IMG/VR virus record: IMGVR_UViG_3300029904_000001
Coordinates: 64,001 to 128,000 of that record
Direction: 5' to 3' (one strand)
DNA length: 64,000 nt
Origin: a virus
Lineage: Duplodnaviria > Heunggongvirae > Uroviricota > Caudoviricetes
The notes below the pieces were generated by a model. It searched no databases. It saw nothing but the letters and a program-made list of their open reading frames with translations, and was not told the origin of the DNA. Below, in pieces: positions 10,661 through 19,292 of the stretch (positions are counted from its first letter, which is position 1; each line of letters starts with the position of its first letter). Both the position numbers and the translations under genes were made by a program.

Positions 10661-12005
10661 GTCAAAGAATGCTAATATTAATTATTTAGCAAAAATAGTT
10701 AAAATAGAATCTTTTATACCTCATCCGGATCCAGAGACTACAAGATTGAAAATAGCTCAAGTTGATGGTTATAACATTATAGTTAGTATTGATTCAGAAC
10801 CAAGTGTGTATGTTTATTTTCCAACATCTTGTGAAATAAATCCACAGCTTCTTTCATATGCTAATTTATATAGAGATAATATAAAAAACAATAATCCTGA
10901 TATAACTGGGTTTTTTGAAAATAATGGAAGAGTTCATGCTATTAGACTTAGAGGTGTAGTATCTGAGGGATTTTTAATGGATTTACAGTTATTTATTAAT
11001 TTTTTAATAGATAATGTGAATCAAGCTCCAAGTAGAATTCCAATGAACTTTGAATTTGATTCTGTGAAAGATGGAGATAAAGAATTTTGGATTTGTAGAA
11101 AATATGTAATTCCTGTTAATCCTATTCAATCTTCCGCTCAATCAAGATATCAAAAAAGAGTCAAAAAGTATAATCGTGTTATCGATACTCAGTTTAGATT
11201 TCATTATGAAACTACTTTAATACGTAAAGTACCTAATGCTATTCTTCCAGATGATCTAATATCTGTGTCAAATAAGCTTCATGGAACCTCACTTTGTTCT
11301 GCTTATGTTCTTTGTAAGAGACCTAAGAAATGGTATGAGTTTTACAAGAAGGAAGATCCAATAGAATACGATTATTTATACTCTTCTAGATCTGTAATTA
11401 AAAATTCTAATTATAATCCAAAAAGAACAGCTGGATATTTTGGTTGTGATGTATGGTATTATGCAAATGAGTATCTGAAGCCGTATTTACAGAAGGGAAT
11501 GACCATATATTCCGAGATTGTAGGATTTCTTCCAAATGGTAAATATATTCAAAAGAATTACGATTATGGATGTGTTCCACCTAAGAATGAACAAGACTAT
11601 AAACCAGAAATTAACTTTAAAGTTAGACCGTATCGTATAACTTTAACAAATGTAGATGGTTATGTACATGAATTTTCAGCTAAAGAAGTACAACAATGGT
11701 GTCAATATCATAGCCTTACTCCTGTAACTGAATTTTATTATGGATACGCAAAGGATCTATATAAAGATTTAGATGTATCTAATCATTGATATGAAAACTT
11801 TTTGGAGAGACTTGCAAACGATAAGAATTTCTATATGGAAATGAACTCTCCAGACTGTAACAATAAAGTGCCTCATGAAGGTATTGTAATTAAGAAAGAG
11901 AATATGAGACCTGCTGCCTTCAAGCTTAAATGTTGGAAGTTTCTTAATAAAACTGAGCAAGAAGCATTGGATGCAGGAGAATCAAATATTGAAGATAATA
12001 ATTAA
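10647..12005 (+). CDS. RNA ligase (Rnl2/DRB0094-like with N-terminal OB fold), 452 aa with TGA=Trp
   Basis: N-terminal OB fold (PHPD..RLKIAQV, RLRGVVSEG), motif I NKLHGTS, YSEIVG, EGIVIK, FKLK. Joined through TGA at 11787. Confidence 0.88.
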
Positions 12006-12018
12006 AATAAGAATTAAT

Positions 12019-12453
12019 ATGAAACAGTTGTTTGTTGATATACTTACTAAACTTACTCCTAAAACAGTAACATCAGAGTCTATTAAATATACACTTAATA
12101 CTAATCCTGAAACAGAAGTTACTATTATGTGGAGATATATTAAAGAAGATCAGAATCCAAAAATGGAGTTTGTACTTCCCTTTGCAGAAGATATAGATTT
12201 CGGAACTCATAGAAAATTAGGAGATTATCATAAGAAAGCATATATTATGTTTATTAATAGCATGGGATATTATATAGATCTAAATCCAGTAGAAATGTGC
12301 GAGATTGATCGAATTGTATATAATATCTTTGCTAATTATCAAAGTAATACTCTAAAATCTATTAGAAGTTATATAGATAATCTAACAAATAAACCATTAT
12401 CTCCAGATCAAAGATTTGAAGAAGCTCAGGAAGCAATAGCTAATAATGAATAA
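12019..12453 (+). CDS. Hypothetical protein (144 aa)
   Basis: ATG at 12019 after an AT-rich leader; lies within the RNA-repair cluster. Confidence 0.65.
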   Translation: MKQLFVDILTKLTPKTVTSESIKYTLNTNPETEVTIMWRYIKEDQNPKMEFVLPFAEDIDFGTHRKLGDYHKKAYIMFINSMGYYIDLNPVEMCEIDRIVYNIFANYQSNTLKSIRSYIDNLTNKPLSPDQRFEEAQEAIANNE

Positions 12454-13078
12454 ATATCTAGAACATTTAATAGGAGATCCTTTGGTATATTACGTATATC
12501 AAAGAGGATCTTCTATTTATGGTTTAAATACTGAAGAAAGTGATATAGATTATTTAGTTGTAATTGATTCTAAATATAAACTTCCTAAAGAGTTTGTTGA
12601 ATATGAGTTTAATTCTGGATGTTTAAATGCAAGAGAAAACATAAAATATGAAAATTGCGATTTTATGTTTATAAATATTCAAGATTGGTTTAATTTAGTT
12701 ATTAATAATGATATTCAAGCTTGGGAATGTGCTTGTTTAAATAAAAAATTTATTAAAAAAGAATATGTGAAATTAATTATTAAAACAGATCCAATTTTGT
12801 TAATAAAAAATATATTTAAACAAAGCTCTATTCTTGATAACTCTTTAGATTATAAACATCTTTGGTATTTTGGAAAAGACATTTTATTTACTCAACAAAT
12901 ATTAGATTTTCATAAAATTGTTGATTTTCAAGAAGCAAACGGATTATATTATGACATTCAAGCTCAATCTAATGCTAAAATAGCTCAAGATATAGTTAAA
13001 GAAGTATTTCAACAATTTTATGAGAAAAACAAAGGTCAGTACGAACAATATATTAAATCTATAAAACAAAATGAGTAA
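12446..13078 (+). CDS. Pol-beta superfamily nucleotidyltransferase (RlaP-like)
   Basis: RGSSIYG-LNTEESDIDY matches the GS...DxD signature. Confidence 0.75.
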   Translation: MNKYLEHLIGDPLVYYVYQRGSSIYGLNTEESDIDYLVVIDSKYKLPKEFVEYEFNSGCLNARENIKYENCDFMFINIQDWFNLVINNDIQAWECACLNKKFIKKEYVKLIIKTDPILLIKNIFKQSSILDNSLDYKHLWYFGKDILFTQQILDFHKIVDFQEANGLYYDIQAQSNAKIAQDIVKEVFQQFYEKNKGQYEQYIKSIKQNE

Positions 13079-13943
13079 AATATTAGTACTTCAGGGACCT
13101 CCGGCAGCGTCTAAGTCTACGTGGGCTAGAGAATTTGTTAAAGATAAAACAGATTGGGTTATAGTTAATAGAGATTCTTTACGTGAAGGAAGAGGAGAAT
13201 ATTGGATTCCGAGTCAAGAAGATTATATTTCTGATTTGGAAGAATTTTCTGTAAAGGCTGCCATTAATAGAGGATTAAATGTTATTATAGATGCAACTAA
13301 TCTTAATCCAAAAACTATTGATAAATGGAATAAATTAGCTAAAAGTACGAAATCGACAATTGAATTTAAAGAGTTTTATATTCCATTTAAAGAAGCTCTT
13401 GAACGCGATAAAAAGAGAGAAAGATCAGTTGGAGAAAAAGTTCTTAAACGATTTTATAAACAATATTATCCAGATGAATACGCAAGAGAATGTACAGATA
13501 ATAGATATATTCTAGAACAAGATAAATCCCTTCCTAAATGTATTATTGTCGATTGTGATGGAACTGTATGTCTTCATCAAGGTAGAGATGCTTTTGAGTA
13601 TGATAAAGTATTAACAGATAAACCTAATACACCATTAATTGATCTTATTACTGTTTTAAGCGCGTCTATCGATATAATCTTTTTCTCTGGTAGAGAAGGA
13701 ACAAAACAGTGTCGAGAAGATACCTGCAAATGGTTAAATCAACATACTAATTTTCCTTATCAATTATATATGCGAGCCGAAAAGGATTATAGACCGGATG
13801 AAATAATTAAAGAGGAGTTATTTAACACTCATATAAAAGATAAGTACTATTGTGTTGCCATTTTTGATGATCGGGATCGCGTGATTAAAAAATGAAGATC
13901 GATGGGACTGTTAGCTAATCAAGTATACGAAGGTAATTTTTAG
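13071..13943 (+). CDS. pseT: Polynucleotide 5'-kinase/3'-phosphatase (T4 Pnkp-like), 290 aa with TGA=Trp
   Basis: P-loop GPPAASKS, VIIDATNL, HAD motif DCDGT, SGR, FDDR. Reading through TGA at 13893 gives KKWRSMGLLANQVYEGNF-TAG, matching the T4 Pnkp C-terminus (MWRRIGVECWQVASGDF). Confidence 0.92.
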
Positions 13944-13944
13944 T

Positions 13945-14259
13945 ATGAACATATATCAAGAAATAAAAGATGCTTTAGAATCATATAAAAATACTAGAAT
14001 AGAGACTAATACTCCATTTGCTCCTCTATGTATGTATCAAGACGTTCTTCGTGATGAAGGCTATTATAGAGTATCTGATTGAGATCCAAATGGATGGGAA
14101 GTAGAATTTTGAGATGATTACTATAATCCAGATACAAAAGATTGGGTTATGTTAACAGGTTCGTTATATTACGGTGATTTTAAATTTGATAATGTAACGT
14201 TTCCTGATTCATATACTCAAGAATATCTTAATAGTGTTATCAAAAATTATGCTTATTAA
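13945..14259 (+). CDS. Hypothetical protein (104 aa with TGA=Trp)
   Basis: ATG at 13945, open through 2 TGAs (DWDPNGWEVEFW) to TAA at 14257. Confidence 0.65.
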
Positions 14260-14500
14260 TGAAACTGAATTTGGAGCACCTTGGAACGACCAATGTTATA
14301 TTGTTACATTCTATTTAACTATTACATTTAGAGATATTTTATTTAAATCTTCTGAATTGCATATTGAAATTTGTTTAAGAGGACCAAAAAAATATTCAGA
14401 AATAGAATTGGAAGAATACGCTCAAACTGCAATAATAGAAGAGTATAAAGATTTGTTTGATTATGATAATTTTATAGTTCATATATTAAATATATCATAA
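14249..14500 (+). CDS. Hypothetical protein (83 aa)
   Basis: ATG at 14249 (MLINETEFGAPWND); 11-nt overlap with the previous gene. Confidence 0.6.
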   Translation: MLINETEFGAPWNDQCYIVTFYLTITFRDILFKSSELHIEICLRGPKKYSEIELEEYAQTAIIEEYKDLFDYDNFIVHILNIS

Positions 14501-14501
14501 T

Positions 14502-14774
14502 ATGAGTGTAGAAGATCAGATAAAAGAAATATTATCAAATAGAGGATTGGAACTTAATTATAAAGAAACTTATCCTTCTTCTAAAGATGATATTTATGAA
14601 ATGAATATTTGGTTTGAAGATAGAAATCTTACTAAGTATCCATTTCATAATATTTTTATTAGACCTGTAAAAGAAGAGAATCCTAACTATAAACAAAAGG
14701 CTTTTGAGATACTTTTGAATACAATTATAGAAGGATATTTTGATAATTTAAATATAAATAATGAAGTTAGTTAA
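14502..14774 (+). CDS. Hypothetical protein (90 aa)
   Basis: ORF in operon context. Confidence 0.6.
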   Translation: MSVEDQIKEILSNRGLELNYKETYPSSKDDIYEMNIWFEDRNLTKYPFHNIFIRPVKEENPNYKQKAFEILLNTIIEGYFDNLNINNEVS

Positions 14775-15636
14775 TCCGTCAGCACAATTTATAGAACAAG
14801 AAGATTCGATTATAGGAGCATTTAAAAATGTTGAATTGGCTGGAAGAATAGCATATAAATCAGAAGACAAGATTACAGAAGATTCATGATTGAAATTTGC
14901 TAAGATGTTAATGGATAAGAAACATTATTCTCCATTTGAATTTGGAACTATTTATTTAACATTAGATGTTAATTCTCCATTAGAGGATCAGGAGTATGTA
15001 AGTAAAAAGAATATGCATACTTTTTATAAAAAGAATCCATATTCTAAAATTGTAACTAAAGCTTCAAATTATCATACAACTTATTATATAACCACCAATC
15101 TTAGAGTAATTATTGAAAACGATAGATGGGATGATTTAAAATATCAAACTGAACGTACTGAACATACACCTAGAATATGTGTGAAAATAGTTACTTCAAG
15201 GGATATATCACATGAATTTGTACGTCATCGTGCGTTTAGTTGGCTTCAAGAGAGCAGTAGATACTGTAATTATAGTTCAAGTAAATTTGACAATAATGTT
15301 ACGTTTGTAATACCTGCTTGAATGACTAATATTTTGAAGGAGGGAATGTACAGTGAATCAATTCCAGATAAAATTGATATTACAGATCCCATTGTTCAGA
15401 CATTTTTGAATAGTCTTTTAGACGATGAAAGTTATTACTTCGATCTTCTAAATTATGGTTGGAAACCTCAACAAGCAAGACAAGTTCTTCCAAATGCTCT
15501 TAAAACCGAGTTAATGATGTGCGGTTATCCAAAAGATTGGGATAATTTCTTTAAATTAAGATTAGCTCCAAATGCACATCCTTCAGCTCAGCAATGTGCA
15601 GAATTAATTACACAAGCAATAAATTATGGAAATTAG
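14761..15636 (+). CDS. thyX: FAD-dependent thymidylate synthase (291 aa with TGA=Trp)
   Basis: ATG at 14761. Motifs AGRIAYKS, HYSPFEF, RHRAFSWLQESSRY, ARQVLPN, FFKLR..AHP. Joined through TGAs at 14887 and 15319. Confidence 0.95.
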
Positions 15637-15829
15637 TAAAGTAAAAACGGTTTTTGAGTCATTAAATAAGTTTGATTATTTAAGTAAAGACAGTGATTAT
15701 ATTACAGTAACAGAATGGGCTAATGGAGAAGGTTGGGATATTTGTATAAATAACAATACCTTTCAACTTACTCTTGGACAACTAGAAGCTATAAATTATC
15801 TTACAAAAACTTTAGAATATGACAAATAG
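15626..15829 (+). CDS. Hypothetical protein (67 aa)
   Basis: ORF with 11-nt overlaps. Confidence 0.6.
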   Translation: MEISKVKTVFESLNKFDYLSKDSDYITVTEWANGEGWDICINNNTFQLTLGQLEAINYLTKTLEYDK

Positions 15830-16145
15830 TTTTAACGTTTTGATATGGGATGTTAATCATGATGAATTAACGTATTATGATGTCATCCCATATCTTTTAA
15901 GACAATATAATGAGACTAAGAAAATGGATTCCTATAAAGAAACTCCGAAGACTGGAGATGAGTTTAAAGAGTTTATTAAGAAAGAAGCTATGTATCAATG
16001 GTGGTCTCGTTGTGAATATGAAATAATAATATCAGATTGGCCTTGTCAAAAACATCAAGTAAAAATCGATGTTTACGATCAGGTATTAATGAATCTTGAT
16101 GTTATAACTGATATTATAATAAATATAGTTGAAAATGAGCACTAA
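15819..16145 (+). CDS. Hypothetical protein (108 aa)
   Basis: ORF with a YQWWSRCEYEIII motif of the kind seen in phage hypothetical proteins. Confidence 0.65.
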   Translation: MTNSFNVLIWDVNHDELTYYDVIPYLLRQYNETKKMDSYKETPKTGDEFKEFIKKEAMYQWWSRCEYEIIISDWPCQKHQVKIDVYDQVLMNLDVITDIIINIVENEH

Positions 16146-16674
16146 CAGTAATATTATAATTCAGGTTTCTGATAGTTTTATTAATACAGTACACCAGTTT
16201 GCTCCTACTGCACTTCCATTTCCAGAATCTCAATGGGATAGTCATGGTGAATATAGAGATTCTGATAAATCACAACCTGTAAAAATAATTAAACCTTTTT
16301 TAGGTATTTATTGTCATTGGGATGGTTATCCAGATGTAGTTGGTAAAGCATTAATAACACAGTTTGATACTTTTGAGAAAGCTTTTAATCTAATTATAGG
16401 TGGAGATTGTTCTGTTATTACAGACGATCAAGTATTACGATATGCTACACGTCCAGCTGAAGAATGGAAAAACATTCAACCTAAGCAATTAGATAAAGTA
16501 CAGAAGTTTACTGAGTGGGCACATTATGTATATGTATTTAAAAATGATCATTGGTATCTTTATACAGGTGATCTCTTGTTAATATTACCAAAAGATGTTT
16601 CGTCTCTAAATGATTATATACGAGGATACGAAGATGGTGTAGAAGATGGTATTACTTTCGCTCGATTTAAATAA
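16135..16674 (+). CDS. Phage hypothetical protein with a YCHWDGYP motif
   Basis: ATG at 16135; contains GIYCHWDGYPDVVG. Confidence 0.65.
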   Translation: MSTNSNIIIQVSDSFINTVHQFAPTALPFPESQWDSHGEYRDSDKSQPVKIIKPFLGIYCHWDGYPDVVGKALITQFDTFEKAFNLIIGGDCSVITDDQVLRYATRPAEEWKNIQPKQLDKVQKFTEWAHYVYVFKNDHWYLYTGDLLLILPKDVSSLNDYIRGYEDGVEDGITFARFK

Positions 16675-16679
16675 TAATT

Positions 16680-16973
16680 ATGCCAAATAAACCACTTTCC
16701 GATGATTTTAAAGATAGAATAATAAAATTCTATCAAGCTCTTGATTGTAAATATTTCGTATTTAAAATAGACGATTTAATTAATTCAATAAATGAAGAAG
16801 ATTATCTTGTGCTTATAAATATGATGGAAAAATATAATAATTATAGAGTCGAAAATGATAAACAAGAAAATAAATATTTTGTTATAAATAGAGATGAACT
16901 TCCTAGATTTAGGAAATTTGAGGAGTTTCATACTTGGTTAACATCTAAAAACAATCAGAGTAAATCTGAATAA
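16680..16973 (+). CDS. Hypothetical protein (97 aa)
   Basis: ORF in operon context. Confidence 0.6.
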   Translation: MPNKPLSDDFKDRIIKFYQALDCKYFVFKIDDLINSINEEDYLVLINMMEKYNNYRVENDKQENKYFVINRDELPRFRKFEEFHTWLTSKNNQSKSE

Positions 16974-16984
16974 ATAAAGATTAT

Positions 16985-19292
16985 ATGGATCTCGAAAAAG
17001 CATTAAAAAAATTAATCTATAAGGATCCGTTCTATGGTCTATTTTTACTAAATCTAGATAAACAATATAGTACAGAAATTGAAACAGCAGCTGTTGCTAG
17101 AAATGGCATCAACTGTCGTTTACTTATTAATAAAGAATATTGGGATAGTTTATCGGACGAGAATCAGCTATTTTTACTTAAACATGAGGTTAATGTGTAG
17201 CCTCTTTATATAGTAATATATAAATAAAACGGCTTAAATTGCGGGAAACTCCTTAGAGCTTTTATTACAAACTTATTATAGTAATATAAATAAGGGCTGA
17301 AGTAATTACTCGGAGATTGTAAAAAGATAAAAGATTGGACAATCCGCAGCCAAGTTTCTATAAAATATTTTGAAATTTAAAATTAATTTTATATATTTGT
17401 GTTAATAATTGGACATAAGTTTAACTTTAAAATTTAATAATTATGTATAAAAAAGAATTAACTCAAAAACAAAAAGAATTAATTTTAGATTGTTATTGTA
17501 ATCAAAAATTATCAATTCCAAAAACATCAGAAAAATTAAATATTACAACGTATTTAATTTCTAAATTTTTAAAAGAAAACAAATTAACTAGAATAGCTGG
17601 TACAGAAAGAAAATATTTTCATAATGAATCGTATTTTGAAAATATTACAACTGAAAGACAAGCGTATTGATTAGGTGTATTATATGCAGATGGTTGTGTT
17701 AGCAAAGATAATTCTAATACAGGTATTTTACGATTTAGTTCAATTGATAAAGAATGAGTCGAACAATTTAAAATAGACATAAATGCTTCAAATCCTGTTT
17801 TAGAAGAAATACATAAAAAATTTAATAAATCTATTTGAAAAATTCGATTAAGTAGTACAAAAACTTTTAATGATTTATGTAATTATGGGTGTGTTCCTAA
17901 TAAATCTTTGATTATTAAGTTTCCTAAATTGCCCGATGAATTGATTCCTCATTTTATAAGAGGTTATTTTGATGGAGATGGATGTATATCGGAAAAGAAA
18001 TATATTTCTGGAAAAAATTATACAACTCTTAAAACTAGTTTTTGTACAGGATCTAAAGAATTTATTGAAGAATTATTAAAATTTTTACCAGTTAAGCACA
18101 AACTAATAGAAAAAAGAAAAAATAGAAATTTATACGAATGTCGTTTTTCTGTGAATGATAGTGCTAGTTTATATCATTTTATGTATAAAAATAGTACAGT
18201 TTGATTACAACGTAAAAGAAATAAATTTGAAAAATATTTTATAGAAAAAGGTTCAACGACTATAATAGCCCATCCAAATTAAAAATTTGGATGAAGGTAT
18301 AGTCTAGTTTTATGTAGAAATATATAAATATTCGTGGACATATAATGTTTAAGCACTTTTTTATTATGAGTGACTGTTCTAATCATACAGTAGCTAATAT
18401 TGCGGAGGACGTCGAGATAAATAATTATGTGGATCCCTCCAGACAATTTCTTGGCAAGTATTGGTATCCAGAATCAATAAATCAGCCTGAAAAATTAGGT
18501 TCTCGTGAATATTATCGTAGGATAATGAATAATGAAACTCCAATTCAAGTTGTTAGTGTTGGAATTAAAGGATCAAATGGAGAACAAATGGTTGATGATC
18601 ATTCGAAATGGGGTTCAGATAAAGAAGATGGATTTGAGGATTTATCAGATGCAGAAAGAGAATTAATCGCACAACAAATAGACCATATTGCGAAACAAAC
18701 AGCGGAACAAACAATTAAACAACATGGCACAATTCCAGGATGTTTCAAAGATTATATAGAAGGTTTGTTTAAACAAAAACCTGCTATTTTTAATTGGAAG
18801 AAATATTTTAGAAGACTAATTGGAACTGCTATATCAATAGATTTAAAGAAAACACGTAAAAAAGAATCTATTAGATTTCCCGATAGTTCTGCTGTTAAAT
18901 ATAAAAGAAAATCAAAAATATTAGTAGCAATCGATACTTCTGGATCAGTAAATGATAAAGAATTATGCGATTTCTTTAGTGAAATAAATCACATTTGTAA
19001 ATCTAATGTCGATGTAGATGTTTGTGAATGCGATACACAAATAGATCGTATTTATAAATATAATGGTAAATGAGATGGGTCAATATCAGGTCGTGGCGGT
19101 ACCGCATTTGAGCCTCCCATAAAATATTTTAACGAGCATCGAGATTATACAACTATAGTTTATTTTACAGATGGATATGCTCCACTTCCATCGATTAGAG
19201 TTAGAAACAACCAAATAATCTGGGTTATTACTTCAAATGGAGATCATAAAGAATGGCCAGGTTATGCAATATACATACCAAATGAACATTAA
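16985..19292 (+). CDS. DUF2201-type metallopeptidase + vWA domain protein (387 aa after splicing)
   Basis: Exons 16985-17190 and 18335-19292. Splicing restores LKHEV-GH (HExxH). The vWA MIDAS motifs DTSGS, RGGT and FTDG appear after reading through TGA at 19071. Confidence 0.88.
17369..17399 (+). promoter_or_regulatory. Intron-internal Bacteroidota-type promoter for the LAGLIDADG gene
   Basis: TTTG at 17369-17372, 19-nt spacer, TATATTTG at 17392-17399. Confidence 0.7.
17443..18282 (+). CDS. Intron-encoded double-motif LAGLIDADG homing endonuclease (279 aa with TGA=Trp)
   Basis: Motifs AYWLGVLYADGCV and PHFIRGYFDGDGCI. Contains 4 TGAs. The 3' end (KGSTTI) overlaps intron element R. Confidence 0.9.

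Larger units (their letters stand above)
17191..18334 (+). mobile_element. Group I intron (1144 nt) with a LAGLIDADG gene in L6
   Basis: P1 is exon GAGGT paired with GCCTC (U-G at the splice site). P AATTGCGGGAAA, Q AATCCGCAGC, R GTTCAACGACTA, S AAGGTATAGTCT. P7 GACTA/TAGTC. Terminal G at 18334. A perfect 17-bp stem (17355-17371 with 18231-18247) closes the ORF loop. Confidence 0.93.
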
